DNA of 64,000 nt from Polyangiales bacterium (GCA_045106895.1 JBGCFM010000100.1:32001-96000), one strand, 5' to 3'; shown: positions 10,110-20,369, counted from the first letter of the stretch. The notes: generated by a model from the sequence alone, not told the origin. A program made the numbers and translations.

Positions 10110-11768
10110 ATGAACTCCATGCTCGGCTTTCGCCTTACCCTCCCTGCTCTTCTCTTGGCTCTCGCAGCTCCAGCCCTCGCCCAGGACACCACGGCTTCGG
10201 ACGCCCCAGCCGCAGGCGCCCCGATTCCTGTCCAAGCGGAGATGACCGCTGAAATCCCGCCTCCTCCACCGCCTGTTCGGAGTCGTCCCGCGACGGAGTC
10301 TCTGTGCACAGATGGCACCGACGATGATGGCGACGGAATGACGGACTGCGCCGACGCTGACTGCTTTCAGAACGCCCAGTGCCAGTTCGGAAGCGGTAAC
10401 GAGCAGAGCGACGAAGCCTGTAGCGACTGGCTCGACAACGACAACGACGGCGCCGTCGACTGTGAAGACGAAGACTGCGGTGGGAACGCGATCACCGTGT
10501 GCCACGGCTCGCACCCCGACGACGCTGGTCACACGGCGCCAAACCAGTCGACGCACATCCCAACGACCTCCGGCGACGAGATGCCCGCGGACCTCATCGC
10601 CACCGGCGACGACTCCGACGGTGAGCGCAACGACTACACATGCTCTGATGGCATCGACAACGACGGCGATGGCCGCACCGACTGCGCAGACTTCGGTTGC
10701 CGTTTCGACCCGCAGGTGACGGTGTGCACCGTCAACCCAGGCTTCCGCGCCAGCATCGTTGTCGGCATCGGCGCCAGCTACGACCTTGAGGAGGAGAACT
10801 CCGCCGAAGCCGCCGAGGTTCGCTTTAGCCGCCTCCAGCTTCGAGTCCTCGGCTCGATTCCTTATATCAACAACTCGTTCTTCTTGCTCTCGATGCGCCT
10901 TGAACGAAGCGTTCGCCTCACCTTCGCTCACTTCCAGGTGCCGATCGGTCCCAACGGTCATTACTTCGCCCTCAACAGCGGCGGTGGAAACCTCTCGGCG
11001 CAGGTCATCGTCTCGGCGGCAAAGCAGCCCCTCCTCAACCCTGCGTTCCTCCTAACGAACGCCTTCGAGCAGGGCAACGGTGCTGCTCTTGAGCTTGGTG
11101 GCCCCCTCACTAGCGATGGCTTCCTGACCTACCGCGCCTTCGTCGCGGGTGGTTCAGGCCGAAGCAACGGCAACGTCGGTGGCCGCTTCTTCCCCGGCGA
11201 GAACGAGAACTTCACGTACACCGGTGGTGCTGCCGTGACCTTCAACTTCATCGGTCACTTCAACCGCCTCGACTCGCCGATGCTCTACACGAAGGCGCCT
11301 CTGGCTCTCGCCGTGTCCCTTGGCGGCAAGTACGACCAGCGAGCAACGGAACGCTACCCAGCCGGTCACGCGATGCTCCACTTCTCGCACTCGTTCTTCC
11401 TGCTTCGTGCCGAAAACTACTTCAAGTACACCCTCGACTTCGGTGGGTCCGTGCAGAACGCGTTCTTGGTTCAGACCTCGATTCTCCTTTGGCCCAAGCA
11501 CATTCTCCTCGCCGCCGACTTCGGTATGTACAGCGCCGGTGCATTCTCGGACCTTCCTGGAAGCAGCGACCAGGACCAGCCACTCAACGAGCTTCAAGGT
11601 CGCGTTGCGCTTCACTGGTACTGGTACCGCAACATCGGCACGCTTTCCCTGCTCTACACGCATCACCGGGTACAGGGCGAGTTGCTCAACCCGATGGATC
11701 TCGAAGGCGACCGCGTGGACACCGAAGTTGAGCAGAGCATCCAGCTCGAGGCTCAGTTCCGCTTCTGA
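10110..11768 (+). CDS. outer-membrane protein: three Cys/Asp repeats plus C-terminal porin-like beta-barrel
   Basis: Signal peptide ALA-Q, three CxDxxDxDxDGxxDCxDxxC repeats, amphipathic strands, C-terminal EAQFRF. Confidence 0.8.
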   Translation: MNSMLGFRLTLPALLLALAAPALAQDTTASDAPAAGAPIPVQAEMTAEIPPPPPPVRSRPATESLCTDGTDDDGDGMTDCADADCFQNAQCQFGSGNEQSDEACSDWLDNDNDGAVDCEDEDCGGNAITVCHGSHPDDAGHTAPNQSTHIPTTSGDEMPADLIATGDDSDGERNDYTCSDGIDNDGDGRTDCADFGCRFDPQVTVCTVNPGFRASIVVGIGASYDLEEENSAEAAEVRFSRLQLRVLGSIPYINNSFFLLSMRLERSVRLTFAHFQVPIGPNGHYFALNSGGGNLSAQVIVSAAKQPLLNPAFLLTNAFEQGNGAALELGGPLTSDGFLTYRAFVAGGSGRSNGNVGGRFFPGENENFTYTGGAAVTFNFIGHFNRLDSPMLYTKAPLALAVSLGGKYDQRATERYPAGHAMLHFSHSFFLLRAENYFKYTLDFGGSVQNAFLVQTSILLWPKHILLAADFGMYSAGAFSDLPGSSDQDQPLNELQGRVALHWYWYRNIGTLSLLYTHHRVQGELLNPMDLEGDRVDTEVEQSIQLEAQFRF

Positions 11769-12421
11769 TGGTCGCTCGCTTCACACCTTGGTGTGCAGCA
11801 TCCCTGGCGCTCGTTCTGAGCGCCGGCGCCTTGAGCGCCTGCGGCCCAAGTATCCCCGCGCGCTTCGTCCTTGAACGCGACGTCGGGGACTTTCAGTACA
11901 GACGTTACCAAGAAGTGTTGGACGTTGAGTTTCCCATCGAGGGGAACACCGCGAATGGCCACACGGCCACCTACCTTCGTCGTGGTACCCGCGAGGACGG
12001 CGCCGACCTTCGCGTCGCGACGGCGTTCGTGACGGTCTACGCCAAGGCACCATCCCTGGCGGCGGAGATACGCCAACGTTTGGAGACCCTTCACAGCTAC
12101 GAGCTTGCGGTGCGCCGAGTCAACGGCGAATGGGTCTGGGTTCTCGATGGCGGGGACATCCCATGGGTGATGTGGGTAAGCGGACGTCACCTCATCAAAC
12201 TCGGCGGCTCTCCCGAGGAGGTCGACGACGAAGACAGCGACACCGAGTTCGGCATCCCGGATGACATCCTTGATGCATACACAGACCTCTTCTCCAGCGA
12301 CCTCAACGAACACGGCCAAGCACGCGAAGGCAGCCCCAGCTTTGGTGCCTCCAGCGCTGAGCTTGAAGATAGCGAAGAGCTTGAGATCCCGGCATCCCTT
12401 CGAGACGACGCGCCGATCTGA
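11768..12421 (+). CDS. hypothetical lipoprotein
   Basis: Lipobox LSAC; TGATG overlaps with both neighbours. Confidence 0.75.
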   Translation: MVARFTPWCAASLALVLSAGALSACGPSIPARFVLERDVGDFQYRRYQEVLDVEFPIEGNTANGHTATYLRRGTREDGADLRVATAFVTVYAKAPSLAAEIRQRLETLHSYELAVRRVNGEWVWVLDGGDIPWVMWVSGRHLIKLGGSPEEVDDEDSDTEFGIPDDILDAYTDLFSSDLNEHGQAREGSPSFGASSAELEDSEELEIPASLRDDAPI

Positions 12422-13536
12422 TGTCGTCCGCAAGAAACGATGAGATTCTGGCACGCCTGCGCCCCGAACTCTCGACGCTGAAGGCATACGCGGTTCCGAA
12501 AGACGTGCCGGCGATCAAGCTCGACGCCAACGAGAGCCCCTTTGAGTTGCCCGCGGACGTGCGGCGAGAGCTCGGCGAGGTCGTCGCTGCATGCTCCCTC
12601 AACCGCTACCCGGACGGCAGCACCGGTGCGCTGCGGGAAGCGCTCGCCAGCCATCTCGGACGCGGGTCTAGTCCCCTCGACGCGGAACGCATCCTCCTAG
12701 GCGTCGGCTCCGACGAGGTCATCACCATGCTGATGAACGCGCTGTCGACGCCCGGCTCCAAGGGCACGCCAGCCAGCGTCGTGTTCCCTTCGCCGACCTT
12801 CGTGATGTATGACGTAAGTGCTCGCTCTCATGGGCTGCGACCACTTCCGGTTCCCATGGACGCGCAGTTTCATTTCGACGAAGCAGCGTTCGCAGCCGCG
12901 CTTTCTCGTGAGCCAGTCCTGGCCTTCTACGCCACACCGAACAACCCGACGGGCCGCCCCATCGATGATGCCGTGCTCCGCCGGCTCATCGAGGCGTTTC
13001 CGCGAACGCTGCATATCATCGATGAAGCCTACGGGCCCTTCGAGCGCGGCCCGGACGAACAGGCCAAGACCCGCCGCATGTGGGCCGATGAGTACCCGAA
13101 CGTCGCGGTCATGGGCACCCTATCCAAAGTCGGACTCGCGGGGCTTCGTATCGGCCACCTCTACGCGAGCGCGGCGCTCATCGACGAGCTGCAAAAGGTG
13201 CGGCAGCCATTCAACCTCAACGCTCCGGCTCAAGTCATCGCTACGCATCTACTGACCCGGCATGCCCCGCTCCTTGAGTCCCACGTACGCGGCATCGTTC
13301 TCGAGCGCGAGCGTATGTTCAACGCTCTTTCCGCACGCGATCCGATTCCATCGATGGCGAACTTTCATCTTGTTCGAATGAGCGCAGAAGTCGGCCGAAG
13401 TCTGCGGGCGGGCGGCATCGGCGTTCGTATTTTCCGCGACAAAGCGCTCGAAGGCTGGGCACGCGTCACCGTGGGGACTCGCGCCGAGAACGACGCACTC
13501 CTCGCCGCGCTAAGCGGCGAGCCGTCTACCGCGTAA
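12421..13536 (+). CDS. hisC: histidinol-phosphate aminotransferase
   Basis: KLDANESP, NRYPD, GSDE, PNNPTG, DEAY and TLSKVGLAGLRIG motifs. Confidence 0.92.
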   Translation: MSSARNDEILARLRPELSTLKAYAVPKDVPAIKLDANESPFELPADVRRELGEVVAACSLNRYPDGSTGALREALASHLGRGSSPLDAERILLGVGSDEVITMLMNALSTPGSKGTPASVVFPSPTFVMYDVSARSHGLRPLPVPMDAQFHFDEAAFAAALSREPVLAFYATPNNPTGRPIDDAVLRRLIEAFPRTLHIIDEAYGPFERGPDEQAKTRRMWADEYPNVAVMGTLSKVGLAGLRIGHLYASAALIDELQKVRQPFNLNAPAQVIATHLLTRHAPLLESHVRGIVLERERMFNALSARDPIPSMANFHLVRMSAEVGRSLRAGGIGVRIFRDKALEGWARVTVGTRAENDALLAALSGEPSTA

Positions 13537-13538
13537 TC

Positions 13539-15227
13539 TTACTGACCGTCGTCGGTCTTTGGGTCCCGCCCGGCGCCAGGGCCGCCGAGAATTTCGCGCG
13601 CGTCTGACGCCGAGGGCGTAGACGCTGCTTTCGTCTCTGAAGCGTTCGGAAGCAGTATCGGCATATGACTCTCTCGAGGAAGGTCACCGAACCATGCAAA
13701 GAACACCTTGAGCGCGTCTTTTCGCTCGGGCGTGAGGAAGTCGAAGTTCACGCCGCGGTCCGAGATCTCCCAGAACTCGTCCGTCATGACGTTGAGGAGC
13801 TCGTCGCGGATGCTTGCGAGTCGGTCTCGGCGTTCACCCTCCATGTCCCGAAAGATCTCTCGAGCCAGGTCTTCGGCGTCGTTCACAAGGTAGTGGGTCG
13901 CGAGTTTGAGCTGCGCTTTTCGTACGCCACGGAGGCTCACCTCCTGGACTTCACCCTCGGACTCCTTGTCGACCTCCAGGAAGATACGCAGAAGCTCCCT
14001 CGATGCCTCGGACTCTTCGTTGAAGGCGATCTCATTGAGTTCGCAAAGGTCGTAGGCGACTGTCTCCAAGAGAAACGGCAACTTGGCGCCGAAGCTGGTG
14101 AGTCCGTAGTACTTAAAGTAGCGAGCGATCTCGATGCTCTGAGCGCCACCGTTGTGGTGTAGGACGCTCTCTGCCATCAGGCGGTACTGGTGCAGGACGT
14201 TGTAAGCGGTTCGCACGTCGCGCGCGTTGACCGTGGCGCGCAGGTAAGTGTTGAAGAACTTCACCACGAGCGCGAAGAGCTCTTCGTTGCCGACACGCAC
14301 GGCCTCTTCAGCGATGTGCCGGGTGTTGATGGCGATGAGGTAGTTGATGTCCCTCATTCGGTTGAGCGCATCGTTGTAGATGGTCTGGTACTTGCGCAGC
14401 ACCTTCATCTCGAACCACACGCGGCTCTTGCTCACTTCGCGGAGGACTTGCTCACTCATGGAGACGAAGTCCGGGTTCTGTGCAAGCGCGCCATCCACCC
14501 GGAACCACTCCTTGGCGAGTCCGCTGCGAACCGGCTGGTAGTCGATGACCATGTTCATAAGCGCGTTCACACTCGCCATCGACACGCCCTTGTCCTTGTG
14601 CTCCATGGCGTTCAAGCCGACGTCGGCGAGCTGCTCAACGCCGCGTACCGCTTCCGCCTGACGCGCTTTGACCGGCATCTGACGCTTTCGGCCGACGACC
14701 TTGAGCGTGTGACGGCGAATGCGATCCACGATCTGAATGGGATTGAGGAAATCGAAGACGAACGCGAAGTAGGGCAGCAAGAGCAGCAGACAGACGCCGA
14801 GCATGCTCATGGACACGGTCACGCCGAGGTATGGAACGAAGCCAGTCCCGCCGGGCCCGGTGTCGAAGACGAGGCTCACGGCGATAGCCTGCAGCGCCGT
14901 CACGACGAAGAAACCCATCACGAAGAAGTTAACGGGCTCCGAGACGAAGAGCTCGGTGACGCGGTGCGTATAGCGATTCGACGCAAGCTCCACGATAATG
15001 GCGACAACGGTGATGGCGATGCCAAGAACCGCCGCGACAATTTCGCCCGCGTTGGCCATCGTCATGGCCGCCGCCTCGGGGTTCGGGTTTACCAGCAGAG
15101 AGAGGTTGCTGAGCACTCCGCCTGAGTCGACCCAGAAGCAGAGGACGAAAATCGCGACCGCGCCCCCAAAAAGGAGGCTGAAGGGCAACAACCAAATGCG
15201 AAAGGACCTGTCGCTCCCGTGAGCCAT
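13539..15227 (-). CDS. DUF2254-like membrane protein
   Basis: Four N-terminal TMs with IVELASNRYT motif, followed by a helical domain. Confidence 0.65.
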   Translation of the reverse strand: MAHGSDRSFRIWLLPFSLLFGGAVAIFVLCFWVDSGGVLSNLSLLVNPNPEAAAMTMANAGEIVAAVLGIAITVVAIIVELASNRYTHRVTELFVSEPVNFFVMGFFVVTALQAIAVSLVFDTGPGGTGFVPYLGVTVSMSMLGVCLLLLLPYFAFVFDFLNPIQIVDRIRRHTLKVVGRKRQMPVKARQAEAVRGVEQLADVGLNAMEHKDKGVSMASVNALMNMVIDYQPVRSGLAKEWFRVDGALAQNPDFVSMSEQVLREVSKSRVWFEMKVLRKYQTIYNDALNRMRDINYLIAINTRHIAEEAVRVGNEELFALVVKFFNTYLRATVNARDVRTAYNVLHQYRLMAESVLHHNGGAQSIEIARYFKYYGLTSFGAKLPFLLETVAYDLCELNEIAFNEESEASRELLRIFLEVDKESEGEVQEVSLRGVRKAQLKLATHYLVNDAEDLAREIFRDMEGERRDRLASIRDELLNVMTDEFWEISDRGVNFDFLTPERKDALKVFFAWFGDLPRESHMPILLPNASETKAASTPSASDAREILGGPGAGRDPKTDDGQ

Positions 15228-15309
15228 GGGGCAGCATACCCTTGCGGGCTGGACCGTGGCACCCTAAAGCGGCCCCTCCCACAAACCGCCCTTTTCTATT
15301 CAGGCCGCC

Positions 15310-16266
15310 ATGAGCGTTTCCACCACCGATACTCAACCTAGCGAAGTTCCGCAGCCCGTCAGCCCAGAAGCTGCGCGGGTCGCCGCCGCATGGATTGCGA
15401 GCGTGGGCGCCGACCCGGAGCTTCTGGCTTCACCGCCGCCAAAGCCAACGCCCGCCGAGTGGCGCGCCTTGCCCGTGGAGGAACTTCGTCCGCACCTCGA
15501 CGCGATGCTCACTTCCAAGAACCCCGAGCCAGGCCTAGACGCTTGCGCGGAATGTGGGGTTCTCGATGTGTGGATGCCGGAGGTCGCGAAGATGATCGGC
15601 TTTGGCGACGGTGAATGGCGCCACAAGGACGTGTGGAAGCACACAAAGCAGGTCGTCAAACAATCCGTTCCTCGACTCGAGGTCCGCTGGGGCGCTCTCC
15701 TTCACGACATTGGTAAGCCGCGCACGCGAAAGATCGATGCAAAGGGGCGCGTGACCTTTCACGGACACGCCGAGCTTGGTGCGCGCATGTACCGCCGCAA
15801 GATGGAGTCGCGCCTTCGCTTCGAGGAGCAGCTCAGTGAGCGGATCCACTTTCTAATTCTCCACCACCTGCGCCCGAGCCAATACGCCGACGACTGGACG
15901 GACGCGGCGGTCCGTCGCTTCTATAAGCAGATGGGAGATGGTCTCAAAGATCTCTTGGACCTATCGCGCGCAGACATCACGACGAAGCGACCCGAGAAAC
16001 GAAAGCGTGGCGTGCACAACATCCACGCTCTTGGTCAGCGCATCGCCGGGATCCGTGATGAAGACGAGAAGCCCAAGGCCCTTCCGAAAGGTCTCGGTCA
16101 GCACATCATCAAGCGTTTTGACGTTCCTCCGAGCAAACGCCTGGGCAACCTCATCAAGAAGCTGCAATCGGACGTGGACGAAGGCCTTGTCGAAGCGGGT
16201 CTCGAGTTCGAGGACTACCTCACGTATCTCGACGGCAACCGGGCGCGCTTCGACATCGACGCCTAA
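15310..16266 (+). CDS. HD-domain protein related to the CCA-adding enzyme C-terminal region
   Basis: HKDVWKHT, LLHDIGKP, FHGHAELG, ILHHLRP and ADIT motifs; no nucleotidyltransferase head. Confidence 0.8.
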   Translation: MSVSTTDTQPSEVPQPVSPEAARVAAAWIASVGADPELLASPPPKPTPAEWRALPVEELRPHLDAMLTSKNPEPGLDACAECGVLDVWMPEVAKMIGFGDGEWRHKDVWKHTKQVVKQSVPRLEVRWGALLHDIGKPRTRKIDAKGRVTFHGHAELGARMYRRKMESRLRFEEQLSERIHFLILHHLRPSQYADDWTDAAVRRFYKQMGDGLKDLLDLSRADITTKRPEKRKRGVHNIHALGQRIAGIRDEDEKPKALPKGLGQHIIKRFDVPPSKRLGNLIKKLQSDVDEGLVEAGLEFEDYLTYLDGNRARFDIDA

Positions 16267-16269
16267 GCG

Positions 16270-17610
16270 TTACTCCGAGGCGATGACGACATTGCCGTGA
16301 GCATGCACGGGAGCGCCTTCCCCGCTCTCGACGACACACACAGAGAAGAGGGCTCGCGTGGGCTCGTCCACCAAGAACGCCTGGGACGTGCCCGATATCG
16401 TCACGCCCGCGAGGTCGAGGCGGGCGCCGCTCACGCTCAATGCGACGCTGCCGCGAATCGAGCCCCCCGTCGCGCGCAACACTCCGCCGACAAGGACTAC
16501 GCCGATGCCGCTTCCTGCGTCGACCTCGACATTCTCCATCGTGACGTTCGACTCATCGACGAGAAGCTCCCGGATACGCGCATTTCGAATCTGCGCCCCT
16601 TCGCATCCGCGTAGCTCCACGCGGCCGTATTCCCCCTCAAGCTCCACGCCGTCCTCACCATCGCAGGTGTAGTCACCACGCCTCTCAAACGCGTCCGGAG
16701 ACGCCGTCGAGGATCCGCCAAAATGAGCGCTCACGGCTTCAACAAAACGTTCCGGCGCATCGGACATCGGAACGTGAGCGACACCTTCAAGAAGGTGCAG
16801 CGGCGTGCGGAGCCGACCTTCCAGAACGTGCGCCGTACGAAGCGGCGCGATGCGATCATTCTCTCCCCAAAGCAAAAGCGTCGGCGCCTGAATGTTGGAA
16901 AGCGCCGGCCCGACGTCGGTCACAATGAGTGAGAGTGCGGCAATCTTTCCGGGGTCGTCGCCGAGAATCACCGAGCGCATGCGCGGCCCAGCAATGATCA
17001 TTTCCGGGTCGGGCTCGACGGAACGCCCGATCGACAAGAACGTCTCCATCATACCCACGGGCATGGCGGTACCACCCTGCGCACGTAGCGGATCGATAAA
17101 CTGAGATGCCGCCCAAGCCTCGCGGTGGAGTACGCCGGCAACGTCCACGAGGGCGAGGCGGGAGACGAGCTGTGGGTGGCGGCCCGCGATGAGTGCGGCG
17201 ATGGCTCCGCCCATCGAATGACCCAAGAGAAATACGGGGCGCCCTCCGAACTCACGCGTCATGAAGCGCGCGATATCGTCGGCGTAGTCCGACGGGTGAA
17301 ACGAATGCTCCGCCGCATCGGAGGCGCCGAAGCCCGGCAGGTCGAGGGCCAGTACGTAGAAGTTCTGCGACAAGGTTTCTGCGACGCCCTCAAAGTCCGA
17401 CGAGGCGTTTTCGCCGAGGCCATGAATCATCAGGAGCGCAGGCGACGACGCATCCCCCCATCGGCGAACGTTGAGCGTCCCGCCGTACGGCGCTCCCGGG
17501 TCACGTTGAGCGCTCTGGGGAAACGTGGTGGTCGGCGGCCGCGGTACGCTCCCGCAGGCGCTGCTGGCTAGAACGAGAAAGCACCAAGCGGATGGGGAAA
17601 GGCGAGTCAT
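16270..17610 (-). CDS. alpha/beta hydrolase lipoprotein with C-terminal beta-helix-like domain
   Basis: SSAC lipobox-like; HGL, DLPGFG, GHSMGG, WGENDRI and AHVP motifs. Confidence 0.85.
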   Translation of the reverse strand: MTRLSPSAWCFLVLASSACGSVPRPPTTTFPQSAQRDPGAPYGGTLNVRRWGDASSPALLMIHGLGENASSDFEGVAETLSQNFYVLALDLPGFGASDAAEHSFHPSDYADDIARFMTREFGGRPVFLLGHSMGGAIAALIAGRHPQLVSRLALVDVAGVLHREAWAASQFIDPLRAQGGTAMPVGMMETFLSIGRSVEPDPEMIIAGPRMRSVILGDDPGKIAALSLIVTDVGPALSNIQAPTLLLWGENDRIAPLRTAHVLEGRLRTPLHLLEGVAHVPMSDAPERFVEAVSAHFGGSSTASPDAFERRGDYTCDGEDGVELEGEYGRVELRGCEGAQIRNARIRELLVDESNVTMENVEVDAGSGIGVVLVGGVLRATGGSIRGSVALSVSGARLDLAGVTISGTSQAFLVDEPTRALFSVCVVESGEGAPVHAHGNVVIASE

Positions 17611-17684
17611 CGACGTCGTTGTACCTCGCCCCAAAGCGCATGCGCCAGCTCGTTTGCTAGGTGTCGTTTGGGGCCGCCTCGCGG

Positions 17685-20369
17685 CTACTCGCTCCGAAAG
17701 AGCACAGAGCTCGTTCCAACAGCGCCGCGATCGACGACGAGGTGCTGCCAGGCGTTGTCGACGCGAACATCTCGCACATGCGTGCCGAACTGGCGGACGA
17801 GGTAATGAGAGAGCTCGCCAGCTGTAAGCAAACCGTCGCGCGGCGCCATATCCGCTTCGCCGGCGATGCCTGTTCGCAAGAAGTGACTGAGGTAGCCGCC
17901 GGCTTGAAACTGGCCCGCAACCGATGAGAGGACGTCCTCTTCAGATGAGAAAAGACCCATGCGGCCGGGGCGCGTGATCACGTCTTTGGCGAACCCGCCG
18001 GAGAAGCAGGCGTCGAGGGCGATGAGGCCAAGGCCCTGGATACTGTCGAACATCTCCGCCATGCGGTCGTCCACCATGGGGCCGTCGTAGAGAACCAGGG
18101 TCTCGTCCGTGCCGTCGATTTCACGGGGGTCCTGGCTGCCGTGCTGCTGTCCGCCGTGACCCGAGTAGAAGAAAATGAAAGTGTCGTTGGGCTGTACGCG
18201 CGCGGCCATCTGCTGGAACGCCTGTGTGAGTGCGGCGTTCGTCACTTGGCCGTCGGTGAGAACGATCTGATTGGCCTCCGGCATGTGATCGGCTTCCCGT
18301 AGAGACTGCGCGAGCTTGATCGCGTCGTTCGCGCATTCCGGCAGGTCGCCGCCTCCGGGATAGTCGCTGATGCCAGCGAAGATGCCGTAGACGTTTCCGC
18401 TCCCGCCGGTGGGCGCGCCGCTAGGACGCGGCCCAGGCAGGTTGTTGCCACTGCGCAGCTCGTAGGAGCCCGTCTCGCCGGGCTGGTAGCTGGTGACCAT
18501 GACGGTGTAGGCCCCTGGCTCCGCAGCCGGGATATCGAGGCCAGAGTTGAAATTTCCGGAGACGAGGTCGTCGTTGTCGAGCTGCTCGCCGGCTGGAGTA
18601 CGAGCGATGAGGTAGGTATCAAAGTCCGAGGAGTTCAATCGGAGCTGAACGGCTTCGCCGGGCTCAAAGTTCATCGAGTAGCGGTCCACAAACTCGCCGC
18701 TCTCCAGCTGCGAGTCGCCGCTCGCCAGTGCTCCGCGAACGACTTCCCCGGCCGCCGCGTTTGTAGCGGACGCCGTGGTCGCCGTAGTCGCTGTGGCCGC
18801 CGTGGTCGCCGTGGTCGCCGTGGTCGCCGTAGTCGCCGTAGTCGCCGTCGTTGTCGTGGGTGCCTCCGTCGACGCTTCCGCGTCTCCCCCCTGAATACGG
18901 AGTTCGTATTCGCCAACCTCCCCCGGCTGGTACGAGGTCACCGCCACCTGGTAACGCCCGCCGGCGGCGGCGACGAAGTCGAGGGCGGCGTTGGTATCGC
19001 CAGACCGCCGGTCATCGTTCTGCTCGGACTCTCCGCTCGGGCTTCGTACAATTAGGTACGTGTCGAACGCGCTGCTGTTCGCCTCAAGGCGGACGTGGGC
19101 CCCAGCAGAAAGGTCCAAAGGGAAGGTGTCCACGAACTCGCCGCTCTGCAGCTGGCGGTCGCCGTTTGCGAGGGCCCCGCGCTGCGTATTCCACCGGTCA
19201 GCACTCGTCGCCTCGACCGTCGAAGGTGCTCGCGACGCGGCGAAGAGCTTCAGCTCGTAGGCGCCGGTCATTCCCGGGCGGTACGTCGTCGCGAGGAGGC
19301 GGTAAGTTCCGCTGGTGGCGGCGGTAAAATCGAGCCGGGAGTTGAGCCCTTCAGCGTCGTCGTTCTCCCATAGCTGACCGCTCGGACCGACCACCATCAC
19401 GTAGCTATCGAGAGCAGCGGATTCCATCTCCACCGTCAGCGCTTGGCCCGCCGTTGCGCGAAACGAGTAGAGGTCCGCGGACTCGTCTGTTGGGAGACGT
19501 GTGTCCGAAGCGTCGATCGTCCCCTCACGTCGCTCGCCAACATTGATCGGTGTCGCGCCCTCGGCCCCGGAAGCCGGCTGGTGGTGTTCGCGAGCAAGTG
19601 CGGGGTCCGGCGCACCTGCGTTGCTCTCCTCCGTCGCCGGAATGAACGAGAGTTGGTAACGCAGCGGCTGCTCGCTCGCTGCCGGCGCCACGACCTGAAC
19701 GCGATGAAGTCCCTCCTCCGTAAGACGTGCTCGCCCCCCCTCGGAACGAACGGCTCGACCCTGGGGGTCGAGGATCACCAAGTTTGGCGGGCCAGCTTCC
19801 GCCGACGCGATAAGCTCGTGGGGCTGCCCGCTTGGCACCTCGACGGAGAACACATCAAGTCGATTTCCGTCGTGCTCCGCGTCGCCGGGCTCGAAGGTGC
19901 CAACGGCCGACTGGCCGGAAGCAAGGCTAAAGCTCTCGGGCGAGGCTTCTTCCTGTGGCCGAGAGACGACGAGACGGTAGGCGCCTGTGGCTCCCGGCCC
20001 GTAGCTTCGCACGCTGATCTTAACGACGCCGGCGGCGGACGCGACCATCTCCACCAACGAACGGGTGCGGTCTCCTTGGTAGTCATCGTTCACCATCGGC
20101 GCCGATCCGGGTGGGGTGACTTCCAAGAACGGGTCGAATTCGTCCGACGTCAGCTCGATGGAAAGGGCGACGCCTTCCTCGACTTCGACTTCGTAATGGT
20201 CAACGAAGGCTTCGCCGACTTGCTGGTCACCCTCGCTGAGAGCACCAGCCTCCGAAAGCACCATACCGTCGGCGGATTCGCCGCCGCCGGAAGCGCCCTC
20301 CGAAGGCGATGCCGCAGGACCGCAAGCGCAGAGGAAAATCATCACAAGAAGGAAGGAGTGGAAGCGCAT
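17685..20369 (-). CDS. lipoprotein with ~5 PPC-type repeats and C-terminal caspase-like (C14) peptidase
   Basis: FLCAC lipobox; DxY...NDD...GxYxL repeats; FYSGHG and LDACFSGG catalytic motifs. Confidence 0.85.
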   Translation of the reverse strand: MRFHSFLLVMIFLCACGPAASPSEGASGGGESADGMVLSEAGALSEGDQQVGEAFVDHYEVEVEEGVALSIELTSDEFDPFLEVTPPGSAPMVNDDYQGDRTRSLVEMVASAAGVVKISVRSYGPGATGAYRLVVSRPQEEASPESFSLASGQSAVGTFEPGDAEHDGNRLDVFSVEVPSGQPHELIASAEAGPPNLVILDPQGRAVRSEGGRARLTEEGLHRVQVVAPAASEQPLRYQLSFIPATEESNAGAPDPALAREHHQPASGAEGATPINVGERREGTIDASDTRLPTDESADLYSFRATAGQALTVEMESAALDSYVMVVGPSGQLWENDDAEGLNSRLDFTAATSGTYRLLATTYRPGMTGAYELKLFAASRAPSTVEATSADRWNTQRGALANGDRQLQSGEFVDTFPLDLSAGAHVRLEANSSAFDTYLIVRSPSGESEQNDDRRSGDTNAALDFVAAAGGRYQVAVTSYQPGEVGEYELRIQGGDAEASTEAPTTTTATTATTATTATTATTAATATTATTASATNAAAGEVVRGALASGDSQLESGEFVDRYSMNFEPGEAVQLRLNSSDFDTYLIARTPAGEQLDNDDLVSGNFNSGLDIPAAEPGAYTVMVTSYQPGETGSYELRSGNNLPGPRPSGAPTGGSGNVYGIFAGISDYPGGGDLPECANDAIKLAQSLREADHMPEANQIVLTDGQVTNAALTQAFQQMAARVQPNDTFIFFYSGHGGQQHGSQDPREIDGTDETLVLYDGPMVDDRMAEMFDSIQGLGLIALDACFSGGFAKDVITRPGRMGLFSSEEDVLSSVAGQFQAGGYLSHFLRTGIAGEADMAPRDGLLTAGELSHYLVRQFGTHVRDVRVDNAWQHLVVDRGAVGTSSVLFRSE
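18772..18852. repeat. 9-bp coding tandem repeat (GCCGTRGTC x ~9) encoding a TTA linker
   Basis: Units start at 18772, 18781, 18790 and continue to 18844. Confidence 0.9.
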
